The notes beneath the pieces were generated by a model. That model had not been told where the DNA came from, ran no database searches, and worked only from the letters and a program-made list of their open reading frames with translations. DNA of 32,000 nucleotides from Pelagibacter phage HTVC112P: sequence record MN698246.1; one strand, 5' to 3'. The translations under genes were made by a program, and so were the position numbers. Shown in pieces: positions 1 through 7,602 of this stretch. Positions within the stretch are counted from its first letter, which is position 1, and every line of letters starts with the position of its first letter.

Positions 1-372
1 CTATTTCATCAGCTTTTCTGTTGCTATGATATTAATAGATTGTTGCTTTAAGTTTTCGCAATACGAATGAGCCAACTTAGATTGTATTTTATAATACAAA
101 AATGCTTTATGAGATTTTAAAAGTTCAACTTTAACTTTATCATATCTCTCATCGTTACTTGCTTTAACTTTTGCTAAAGATACAGATATTTTTTCATTAT
201 CCATTCTTTCGCTAACAACGAAATCAAAAACTTCTTGTACCTGATTTTTGATATTATTATATTCAATTTCAGCATCAGCAAATATTTTATCTACTTTATC
301 TAAATATATTAATATCTGATCAGGGTTAAAAGCCTTTGGTCTTAACTCTATGTACTTTGGTTGTTCAGCCAT
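1..372 (-). CDS. hypothetical protein (early module)
   Basis: Complete 123-aa ORF, start overlaps/abuts the neighbouring leftward gene at 372; collinear with the early operon. Confidence 0.7.
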   Translation of the reverse strand: MAEQPKYIELRPKAFNPDQILIYLDKVDKIFADAEIEYNNIKNQVQEVFDFVVSERMDNEKISVSLAKVKASNDERYDKVKVELLKSHKAFLYYKIQSKLAHSYCENLKQQSINIIATEKLMK

Positions 373-875
373 TAACTAAGTTCTTGTTCGTACATATCAG
401 GATTAAAGTCAGTTGGGTTTTCTTTAGACCAATCGACTTCTTCTTTAGGGCTTACAGGCAACTTGTCATCAGTAAGCTGTACGCCTTGTTTAGCTTGTTG
501 ATAGCTTTGTTGAGGCTGTTGCATTACAGGTTGTTGCATGTTTGGTTGAGGATTATAACCAGCTTTACCAAATGGTTTAACCATGAAATAGGTTACTTCT
601 AACTCTAATCCATCTCCAAATTGTGTAGCTTCTCCTTGTTGTATTTTACTACCCCACTTTAAAAGATGTCCTGATTGAACATACTCTTGAACTTGTGGTG
701 TACTTAACCAAATACCTATATCTTTTAAATCATACATATTTTTAGTTAAAGTACATTTGAATTTAGCCTTATTAGATGAAGCTGTGTACTCCATTTTTGG
801 GGCTTTTTTTCCTGTGCTATACATCTTTAATGTTAAACCACAGAATGGTAGTTGTCCTTGTTGTGTTTGGTTCAT
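372..875 (-). CDS. hypothetical protein; possibly SSB-like DNA-binding protein
   Basis: 167-aa ORF with compact N-terminal region, Q/P/N-rich low-complexity linker (PNMQQPVMQQPQQSYQQ) and acidic C-terminus; adjacent to a PD-(D/E)XK nuclease. SSB-like assignment is tentative. Confidence 0.6.
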   Translation of the reverse strand: MNQTQQGQLPFCGLTLKMYSTGKKAPKMEYTASSNKAKFKCTLTKNMYDLKDIGIWLSTPQVQEYVQSGHLLKWGSKIQQGEATQFGDGLELEVTYFMVKPFGKAGYNPQPNMQQPVMQQPQQSYQQAKQGVQLTDDKLPVSPKEEVDWSKENPTDFNPDMYEQELS

Positions 876-887
876 GTTTTTTCCTTA

Positions 888-1661
888 TTATTGTTTCTGT
901 TTTTGTTTTTGTTTTTTCTGTCTAGGACTTTCCATAGCTAACATCAAAGATTTAGCACCAAGAAAAGCATTAAACATTTCTTTACTTAAAGGAAGTTCTC
1001 TAACTTCAATATTACTATCTTTTTTAGGTAATCTTATAATCAACCCTTTAGTAATTTTTTGTTTAGTTTCTTCCTCATACGCATACTTATATGCATTCAA
1101 CTGTAATGTGTAGTCAAATGATATACTATTACTTGTTTTAATATCTCCTAAAACAAGGTTTCCTTGCTTATCTTTTAAGATAAGATCAAGAGTACCAGCG
1201 TAGTTATGTTTTTTAGAAAATACTTTTTTCTCTAATTCAACTACCTCGTATTCTTGGGTTTTCCACCAATCTAAAAAGATGTTCCAACAATTAATAACTG
1301 CTGGATCAGATTGGTTAGGAATTTTTTTATCTTGAAGAAAATCTTCAATCATACCATGAACTACTGTACCAACTAAACCAGCGTCATCTTTGATTTTGTT
1401 AGTTTTGTTCTTGGCCTCATGAACAATTCTTTCAAGTTTAACTCTATCTAAAGTCTTTCCATCGTCCATTATTTGGTTGATAGAATCTTTAATATGTCGA
1501 ATCGGTGTAGAAACTAACCAATTTACTAATTGGGGTTTCGGACAACCTTTGCCACATATTCCTGTAACACTTTCAACAACATTATCATCATGATAATATA
1601 AGTGTCTTTCATCATCGAACGTCAACTCGAGATTGTTTTTTAACTTATGTTTTATGTACAT
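888..1661 (-). CDS. PD-(D/E)XK superfamily (RecB/Cas4-like) phage exonuclease
   Basis: 257 aa; motifs VGTVVHGMIEDFL, AGTLDLIL, GDIKTS and LQLNAYKYA typical of RecB-type nucleases; SD-like AAAAAAGGAAAAAAATG upstream. Confidence 0.85.
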   Translation of the reverse strand: MYIKHKLKNNLELTFDDERHLYYHDDNVVESVTGICGKGCPKPQLVNWLVSTPIRHIKDSINQIMDDGKTLDRVKLERIVHEAKNKTNKIKDDAGLVGTVVHGMIEDFLQDKKIPNQSDPAVINCWNIFLDWWKTQEYEVVELEKKVFSKKHNYAGTLDLILKDKQGNLVLGDIKTSNSISFDYTLQLNAYKYAYEEETKQKITKGLIIRLPKKDSNIEVRELPLSKEMFNAFLGAKSLMLAMESPRQKKQKQKQKQ

Positions 1662-1965
1662 TTTTTTCCTTTTTAGTTAAGACGCTATCTAAAAAATCTG
1701 GTAAATCAAAACCATAATATATTGATAGATTCCATAATTTAGAAGCGTCTGATTTAATACCTTTCTCAAATTTATATAAATCATAAACTGAGTTAAAGTA
1801 TGGTTTGTTGTCTTCTACTACTGCGTCAACAGTAAGTTTACATTTAAGTCTAAGACTTTTAAATTTTAGACCTATTAACTGATTAAATAATTTACCAGAT
1901 GGTTTTTTTTTGATCTCTACTATCATACCATCAATTAAGTAATCAGTTTTTATTGTTTTATCCAT
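1645..1965 (-). CDS. hypothetical protein
   Basis: 106-aa ORF with strong leader TTAGAAAGGAAAACATG; overlaps the start of the nuclease gene. Confidence 0.7.
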   Translation of the reverse strand: MDKTIKTDYLIDGMIVEIKKKPSGKLFNQLIGLKFKSLRLKCKLTVDAVVEDNKPYFNSVYDLYKFEKGIKSDASKLWNLSIYYGFDLPDFLDSVLTKKEKNVHKT

Positions 1966-1975
1966 GTTTTCCTTT

Positions 1976-2281
1976 CTAATTTAAAACAGAATGTCCACGA
2001 CCTTTTAAACATGATCTGTACATATTAGGATAATTGTAATTAGCTTTAGGAGATAACCATAATACACCTGGTCTAAAGTAATAATTATAAACATACTTGC
2101 CACCCTCAACTAATGTATTTGTGTTTTCTTTTGCTAAAGTTTTACAATGCTGTAAATCGTTTGTAAGTTCTACAGCTTTTGTATTATCAAATGTACCACT
2201 ACGACCTGATGTATCAACAACAGGTTTATAGGCACAGTTACTTAAACTTATTAAAATGAGCAATAATCCTATTCCTTTCAT
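1976..2281 (-). CDS. small putative lipoprotein
   Basis: MKGIGLLLILISLSNCAYKP: signal peptide plus lipobox LSNC; SD AGAAAGGAAAAA upstream. Confidence 0.7.
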   Translation of the reverse strand: MKGIGLLLILISLSNCAYKPVVDTSGRSGTFDNTKAVELTNDLQHCKTLAKENTNTLVEGGKYVYNYYFRPGVLWLSPKANYNYPNMYRSCLKGRGHSVLN

Positions 2282-2468
2282 TTTTTTTCCTTTCTTTTAA
2301 TTTACGTTTATATATTCTTAATGTCTTAGCTTCTATTTTGTCAAAGTGATTAAACACTTCATCAAAAAAAGGGTTTCCATCTCCAAAATCCCATCTTCTC
2401 TTTTTTGAAATTTTAGTTATAAAATTTATCCTTTGTTCTTTCATTTCATTAATCATATTATAAGCCAT
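2238..2468 (-). CDS. hypothetical basic protein
   Basis: 76-aa ORF, Lys/Arg-rich, in the leftward operon; overlaps the lipoprotein gene start. Confidence 0.45.
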   Translation of the reverse strand: MAYNMINEMKEQRINFITKISKKRRWDFGDGNPFFDEVFNHFDKIEAKTLRIYKRKLKERKKNERNRIIAHFNKFK

Positions 2469-2656
2469 GTTGTTATTCCGATTATTAAAGTTAATATTAA
2501 TAAAGCAATTTTTAAAACTACTTTATGATATTTTCTATGTATAGGTTTTCCAAAAATTATCACTATATCGCACCTTGTATTGCCCATTGATGTAACGCTA
2601 ACATAGTAAGTGATACAAGACATATTACTGTAACTGTACCAAATATTATTTGCCAT
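2453..2656 (-). CDS. putative small membrane protein (true start probably downstream, near 2563)
   Basis: ORF-track 67 aa; C-terminal TM-like VVLKIALLILTLIIGITTWLII. A GTG overlapping the stop of the 35-aa gene (TAGTG) would give about 36 aa. Confidence 0.35.
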   Translation of the reverse strand: MANNIWYSYSNMSCITYYVSVTSMGNTRCDIVIIFGKPIHRKYHKVVLKIALLILTLIIGITTWLII

Positions 2657-2670
2657 TTAAGATTGTTCAT
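2563..2670 (-). CDS. 35-aa putative membrane peptide (not in ORF track)
   Basis: MNNLKWQIIFGTVTVICLVSLTMLALHQWAIQGAI*; single TM-like segment; preceded by CTAGAAAGGAAAACATG, the leader shared with neighbouring genes. Confidence 0.55.
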   Translation of the reverse strand: MNNLKWQIIFGTVTVICLVSLTMLALHQWAIQGAI

Positions 2671-2716
2671 GTTTTCCTTTCTAGCTGTGCCTGTCACACA
2701 CAGCATTATGATTAAT

Positions 2717-3775
2717 TTATATTCTTGCACTTATTGGGTTGTTTGAAAAAATAACCAAGCCACCAAGTTCTTGTAAGAATCTTGCTCTATCGTCTGACTT
2801 ACTTTCGTCATTAGCAATATTCGTAATCGCATTGGCAACATCATATTTAGAAGTAACAAAAGTTTCTCCTACATAGTGGTTAAGTCTTTCAAAAACTCCT
2901 GCTCTTTCATCATCTGAAAGACCATGTTTTTTTGCAAGAACTTCTACTTGATGTGAGTTGATTTTATCTTGAGTAGCTTGTTTTAATTTATCAATATTTT
3001 CCTGAAACAATTCAGGGTTACTGATAAGTTCTAACTGCTGACCCATTTTATCAACGATCGTTTTCCATTGGTCGTCATTGTCTAAATCAATAATCATTTT
3101 ACCAACATGCTTTGCGTAAAACTGATTTAGATATTCAGGTGCAACCATACCATTAGTACAAACTAATCTGTAAATGAATGGCTTAACAATTAAAGAGCCA
3201 TGACCAATTTCAGAATTTGTAATCGTGATACCACCTTGAACAAGATCTCCCTCTACTACTTCTCCCTCTAACTTTGGAAGTACAGCAGTAATATTCATGT
3301 TATCTCCATCGTAAGAAGAATACTTTAACTCTGCATTCATATCCATCAATTTTGATAAACAAGAATTAGCAACAACATCAGAATCAATTCTTTTGTATCT
3401 ATCTGACATGATCGCTCTAACTCTTTGATGGTTATCTTTGTTATAAACTCTTAACATAAGATTTCTATCTTTGTTATTTTTAATCCAAAAGTTAAGATTA
3501 TGATTCACTAAATCTTGACTTACAGGCAAACATTTAGAGATATATCTTGTTCCAATATCTAATCTATTAGATAAATGATTTAAAGAATGATCTGTTAAAT
3601 GTAACTGATTTTCTGGATTAGTTTGAGCAAACCAATTATTAATTTCTAAACAAGGAAAAGTTTTATCAGACTTTTCAACTTGAATATTTTTTAATGGTAC
3701 GATGTAATCTTTTTTATATTGTACATCGTCATTGATCTGCTTTAACATACTTTTTATTTCTTGACCTTTTTTCAT
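2717..3775 (-). CDS. DUF932 / phage-plasmid-like protein (TIGR03299-like)
   Basis: 352 aa; internal pattern RAIMSDRYKRIDSD...VKPFIYRLVCTNGMV typical of DUF932; leader CTAGAGAGGAAAACACAATG. Confidence 0.75.
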   Translation of the reverse strand: MKKGQEIKSMLKQINDDVQYKKDYIVPLKNIQVEKSDKTFPCLEINNWFAQTNPENQLHLTDHSLNHLSNRLDIGTRYISKCLPVSQDLVNHNLNFWIKNNKDRNLMLRVYNKDNHQRVRAIMSDRYKRIDSDVVANSCLSKLMDMNAELKYSSYDGDNMNITAVLPKLEGEVVEGDLVQGGITITNSEIGHGSLIVKPFIYRLVCTNGMVAPEYLNQFYAKHVGKMIIDLDNDDQWKTIVDKMGQQLELISNPELFQENIDKLKQATQDKINSHQVEVLAKKHGLSDDERAGVFERLNHYVGETFVTSKYDVANAITNIANDESKSDDRARFLQELGGLVIFSNNPISARI

Positions 3776-3788
3776 TGTGTTTTCCTCT

Positions 3789-3926
3789 CTAGTTAGTTAT
3801 TATTTCAAAAGTAAATTTAACACCAATTCTTTTTAATCTTTGGCATTCATGTAAATGTTCAGTCAGATTTTCATATAAACAAAATTCAACTTCACCATCT
3901 TCATATATAGTTTTAATTAAAAACAT
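3789..3926 (-). CDS. 45-aa hypothetical protein (not in ORF track), first gene of leftward operon
   Basis: MFLIKTIYEDGEVEFCLYENLTEHLHECQRLKRIGVKFTFEIITN*; SD CTAGAAAGGTAAATATG; its stop TAG overlaps the CTAG leader of the DUF932 gene. Confidence 0.55.
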   Translation of the reverse strand: MFLIKTIYEDGEVEFCLYENLTEHLHECQRLKRIGVKFTFEIITN

Positions 3927-4196
3927 ATTTACCTTTCTAGTTTTTCGTATTTATTATTTAGCTAACATCATCAGTGCAACTTGCTAAAGGTTGCAGAAAC
4001 TAATTTACAACAATCTAAATCGTAGGTCTGAACACACACTCTTTGAGGATACCCGTTGATTAATGCCCGAAACTCATGCAAGGTCAAAACTTAGAATTAA
4101 CGCCAACGGCTCTGAATCAGTTTTTATGCGATTAAAGTCGAGTACCGATTTAACATAGACTTAATAAAAGAACTATGACTGATTTGCCAAAAAAAG

Positions 4197-4208
4197 CAAA
4201 CTAGTTTG
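4197..4208. repeat. 12-bp perfect palindrome in control region
   Basis: CAAACTAGTTTG. Confidence 0.4.
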
Positions 4209-4262
4209 TTTTCAGCAATTAAGAGGCTTTTAAGCAAATAACATCTTTTTTATCAAACTTAT

Positions 4263-4290
4263 TTGACAGCTTTTGCACTCGTAATAAGAT
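4263..4290 (+). promoter_or_regulatory. candidate sigma70-type rightward promoter
   Basis: TTGACA (4263-4268), 16-nt spacer, TAAGAT (4285-4290); located upstream of the first rightward gene. Confidence 0.5.
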
Positions 4291-4364
4291 ATGTTGTGCT
4301 TAATGTTTAAATCGGTTAAAAAAGAAACTGAGTGTAATCATTGCGCTCCCTTTCTAGTTAATTG

Positions 4365-4394
4365 TAGGGTAAGTTACCGATTTCTTACCCTACT
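4365..4394. repeat. perfect 10-bp inverted repeat, candidate operator or 5' UTR hairpin
   Basis: GTAGGGTAAG-ttaccgattt-CTTACCCTAC directly upstream of the XRE-family gene. Confidence 0.65.
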
Positions 4395-4411
4395 AACTCA
4401 CAGGATAAATC

Positions 4412-4771
4412 ATGAATCTTAAATTACAAATAGCTTCAATGCTAGTTGCACATCGTTGTGCAAATAAAAAAACGCAAACTAAAATTGCAAAATTTTTAGG
4501 CGTAACTTTTCAGCAAGTTCAAAAGTATGAGCATATGAAAAATAAAATAACAGCAGAAAAACTTTTACAATTTTGTATTAGTTTAGATGTTCCTTTACAA
4601 AGTTTTCAAGATGGCGACCCTTACCAAGTTTTAGAGGGTGCTGATATTTCAATTATGGAAAAAGAAAAAGCGCTAGAGAGAATTGAAAAATTAGTTTTTA
4701 AATCTGAATTAAAACCTTTATTATTAACTAAAGAAATGGAAGTAACAAATGATCAAAGTTCAAGTAGATAA
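4412..4771 (+). CDS. XRE-family HTH transcriptional regulator
   Basis: KKTQTKIAKFLGVTFQQVQKYEHMKNKITAEKLLQFCISLDVPL: canonical HTH_XRE. Confidence 0.85.
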   Translation: MNLKLQIASMLVAHRCANKKTQTKIAKFLGVTFQQVQKYEHMKNKITAEKLLQFCISLDVPLQSFQDGDPYQVLEGADISIMEKEKALERIEKLVFKSELKPLLLTKEMEVTNDQSSSR

Positions 4772-5015
4772 AGTTTGGTTAGGGAAAGTAAGCGTAAGAG
4801 ATTATATTTATAAAAAAGCATTAATACAAAAAACTTCTTTAGGTATAACTCATGGAACAGAATATATGTTTATACCTTACGAAAAATTAAAATCTGCTAA
4901 AACTTATACTGATGAATCTTTTAAAAGTAAGTTTAATGGTAAAAAATATAGGCTTGTAGATTTTGATTGGAAGCCTTATAAAGAACAAAACAAAGATCAA
5001 GGGGTTTTATTATGA
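4749..5015 (+). CDS. hypothetical protein
   Basis: 88-aa ORF with coding-like composition; exact start uncertain because of overlap with the XRE gene. Confidence 0.55.
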   Translation: MIKVQVDKVWLGKVSVRDYIYKKALIQKTSLGITHGTEYMFIPYEKLKSAKTYTDESFKSKFNGKKYRLVDFDWKPYKEQNKDQGVLL

Positions 5016-5299
5016 GTGGAGAAGAATTTTTAGATATTCCAAAGACTGATGAAACGCAACAATCAACGCCTGAAGAATATTACTTTTCTAAATCTAAACA
5101 AGATTGGATTATGGTTTCTGATATGTCCGATATGCATGTTCGTAGAGCGTTTAAAAGATTGTTAAGAATGATAAGACTTGGAACATTAATCGAACTTTCA
5201 GATTACACAGGAAGCAAAAATAATAATGCTATTTTACAACAAATAGAAAGTATTAAAGTCCACTGTGATCAAATTAAATTATCTCTTAAAGACGATTAG
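5012..5299 (+). CDS. hypothetical protein
   Basis: 95-aa ORF, ATGA-coupled to upstream gene. Confidence 0.6.
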   Translation: MSGEEFLDIPKTDETQQSTPEEYYFSKSKQDWIMVSDMSDMHVRRAFKRLLRMIRLGTLIELSDYTGSKNNNAILQQIESIKVHCDQIKLSLKDD

Positions 5300-5777
5300 T
5301 TATCTTGAATTTAAACTTAACAAAGAACTTGCACATCAAGATACTTTTGGAAAAGATGATAAAATTAGAAACGAGTACAAAAAATATGTAGATGATACGG
5401 CTGAACTAAAAGAAGAACATTTTGAAGTTATAGATCGCAACAGACATAGACGACACGAAGAAATGAAAAAACAAGACAAAGAAAGATTTGATAAGTTAAA
5501 AAGAATTGGTTGTATTGCTTGTTCTAAAAAAGGTTTATTTAGTGAACCTATAATACACCACATAAGAAAACATACAGGCTTATCATTAAGACCACCACAC
5601 ACAGACACAATTCCTTTATGCCCACAACATCACAATATGGGAAATGAATCTGTGCATTTAAATAAGAAAGTATTCATTGATCTGTTCGGTACAGAAAATG
5701 AATTGTTAGAAGAAGCAAACCAAAAAATCAAACAACTAGAAAAGGAAGATATATTTTATGACAAAGGAAACGAATAA
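5265..5777 (+). CDS. HNH-type nuclease resembling the Ref / RecA-dependent nuclease family
   Basis: IGCIACSKKG...IIHHIRKHTGLSLRPPHTDTIPLCPQHHNMGNESVHLNKKVFIDLFGTENELL; Cys pair, HH and PLCPxHH pattern. Confidence 0.7.
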   Translation: MIKLNYLLKTISYLEFKLNKELAHQDTFGKDDKIRNEYKKYVDDTAELKEEHFEVIDRNRHRRHEEMKKQDKERFDKLKRIGCIACSKKGLFSEPIIHHIRKHTGLSLRPPHTDTIPLCPQHHNMGNESVHLNKKVFIDLFGTENELLEEANQKIKQLEKEDIFYDKGNE

Positions 5778-6552
5778 ATTTCATGCACTACAATTATTTA
5801 CAGATACATTTACTGCTGAAACAGTACATCTAACAAACGATGCAGTAGGTATTTATATTAGATTGCTATCTTTTGCGTGGACTAAAAACACTAAACCCTT
5901 TAAAGAAAAAGACGCTTACAGAATATGTCAGTGTATAGATGACGAATGTAAATTAAAAGTTATGCAAGTTTTAAGTGAATTTTTTATTGTTGATGAAAAA
6001 AATGATGAATTTACTTTTACTCATAAGAGATTAGTCCAAGAACACGCTTATCTTGTTGATAAATATCAAAGAAGATCAGAAGCTGGTAAAAAGGGTGGTT
6101 TAGCAAAAAGAGATAATGCTACAAGCAAAAACGTAGCACCTATACCTAGTCCTAATCCTATTCCTAAGAATAGTATATATGACCAAGACTTTGAATATCT
6201 TTGGAGTTTATTACATAAAAAAAAAGGTTCAAAATATAAAGCCTATGGATATTGGTTAAAATTAGAAAATTCTATTAATCTATCAACCCAAAATGTTGCT
6301 AAACTTTATAATAAACAAATTAAAGATATAGAAGATAATAAATTTATCCCTCATTTTGCTACTTGGTTATCTCAAAGAAGATGGGAAATAGAAGATGATA
6401 ATAATCCTATACCTGATTTAATTGATAGAATGGTTAATTTAGGTTATGTTCACAATGGACAAGATGGAAATTTTGAATTATTTGAAAAAGATGGCAAAAA
6501 ATATAAGATGGATATATTTGATGAGAAACACCAGATTCAATTAACTCAATGA
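5758..6552 (+). CDS. DUF1376 (YdaU-like) replication-associated protein
   Basis: FHALQLFTDTFTAETVHLTNDAVGIYIRLLSFAWTKN N-terminal pattern of DUF1376. Confidence 0.75.
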   Translation: MTKETNKFHALQLFTDTFTAETVHLTNDAVGIYIRLLSFAWTKNTKPFKEKDAYRICQCIDDECKLKVMQVLSEFFIVDEKNDEFTFTHKRLVQEHAYLVDKYQRRSEAGKKGGLAKRDNATSKNVAPIPSPNPIPKNSIYDQDFEYLWSLLHKKKGSKYKAYGYWLKLENSINLSTQNVAKLYNKQIKDIEDNKFIPHFATWLSQRRWEIEDDNNPIPDLIDRMVNLGYVHNGQDGNFELFEKDGKKYKMDIFDEKHQIQLTQ

Positions 6553-6663
6553 GTTCAATTTTAAGAATATTTAAGTATTGCAGAAAAAGGATAATTAAAT
6601 TAAGTATAGAAAATAGACAACTTAAAATGCAATTAGAATATCTTAGAGCAACATTAACTAAAG

Positions 6664-6969
6664 ATGAATTTACAAAACATTAAATATGGAAGAAAAAATA
6701 TTAATGTTAAATTTGAAATTCTAGAAAATCTTTATGGTTATTTTGAAACTGAAAAAAACTTACTTGTGATAGATAAACGAATAAAAGGTTTAAAATTATT
6801 TAATACTATAATGCATGAGTTATTTCATATTATAATCCATTTTGCTGGAATTAATGTAAATAATAGAGGAGAAGAACCTATTGCACAAGCTGTAGGAGAT
6901 GGATATGAAAAAATTTTTAAACAAAACCCTAATCTCTGGAAATTACTTAATAAACTATTAAAAGGATAA
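6664..6969 (+). CDS. putative zinc metallopeptidase-like protein (ImmA/IrrE or SprT-like)
   Basis: NTIMHELFHIIIHFAG contains HELFH (HExxH) motif; 101 aa. Confidence 0.55.
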   Translation: MNLQNIKYGRKNINVKFEILENLYGYFETEKNLLVIDKRIKGLKLFNTIMHELFHIIIHFAGINVNNRGEEPIAQAVGDGYEKIFKQNPNLWKLLNKLLKG

Positions 6970-6972
6970 ATT

Positions 6973-7602
6973 ATGGAAATAATAGAAATGGATATTAACG
7001 AAATTAAACCTTACAAAGATAATCCTAGAGAAATACCTATTGAATCTGTAAAAAAAGTTGCTGATTCCATTAAAGAATTTGGTAATAATCAACCTATTGT
7101 AGTTGATAATAAAAATATTATAGTTGTGGGTCATACTAGATGGAAAGCCTTAAAACAATTAGGCAGAAATAAGGCTTTTATTGTCAAAAAAGATTTTACA
7201 GAAAATGAGGCTATGGCTTATCGTATTATGGATAATCGTTCTGGGGAAGAATCAAAATGGGAAAAAGAACTTTTAAAAAATGAACTAAACATACTTAGAG
7301 ACAAAGATTTTAACCTTGATCTTACAGGGCTGAGTTTTGATGAAATAGAAAAATTTACAGATACAATACCAATATTTGAACCAACTAATGATATAATGGC
7401 AGATATTAATACTGATGAAATAACTGCACCTATCTCAACAGTAAAAATGGTACAGCTATTTTTTAATAACGAAACAGAAAAAAAATTTAGGGCTATGGTC
7501 AAAGAACTAGAAACAGAATATAATAAAGATAATATAACAGATACAGTATTTGCAATCGTAGAAAGAGAATTTAAAAATTATAAAGATGAAACAACAAGAT
7601 GA
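6973..7602 (+). CDS. ParB/Srx-like nuclease-domain protein
   Basis: EMDINEIKPYKDNPREIP...VADSIKEFGNNQPIVVDNKNIIVVGHTRWKALKQLG: ParB N-terminal domain signature. Confidence 0.85.
   Translation: MEIIEMDINEIKPYKDNPREIPIESVKKVADSIKEFGNNQPIVVDNKNIIVVGHTRWKALKQLGRNKAFIVKKDFTENEAMAYRIMDNRSGEESKWEKELLKNELNILRDKDFNLDLTGLSFDEIEKFTDTIPIFEPTNDIMADINTDEITAPISTVKMVQLFFNNETEKKFRAMVKELETEYNKDNITDTVFAIVEREFKNYKDETTR

Noticed and set aside
336-602. Plus-strand ORF 88 aa opposite early genes
   Set aside because: Antisense to two better-supported leftward genes with SD leaders; composition is a shadow of the opposite coding strand.
757-1113. Plus-strand ORF 118 aa (FCFCFCFCFFC)
   Set aside because: Antisense of the nuclease C-terminal KQKQKQKQ region; low-complexity shadow ORF.
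3960-4262. Possible tRNA/tmRNA in the control region
   Set aside because: No T-loop GGTTCGANTCC-like sequence, acceptor pairing or cloverleaf could be assembled by eye.
4303-4422. 39-aa ORF MFKSVKKETECNHCAPFLVNCRVSYRFLTLLTHRINHES upstream of the XRE gene
   Set aside because: Runs through the inverted repeat and SD of the XRE gene, no clear RBS; more likely leader sequence, though translation coupling cannot be excluded.
5336-5608. Minus-strand 90-aa ORF
   Set aside because: Antisense to the Ref-like nuclease gene, no RBS or neighbouring leftward genes.
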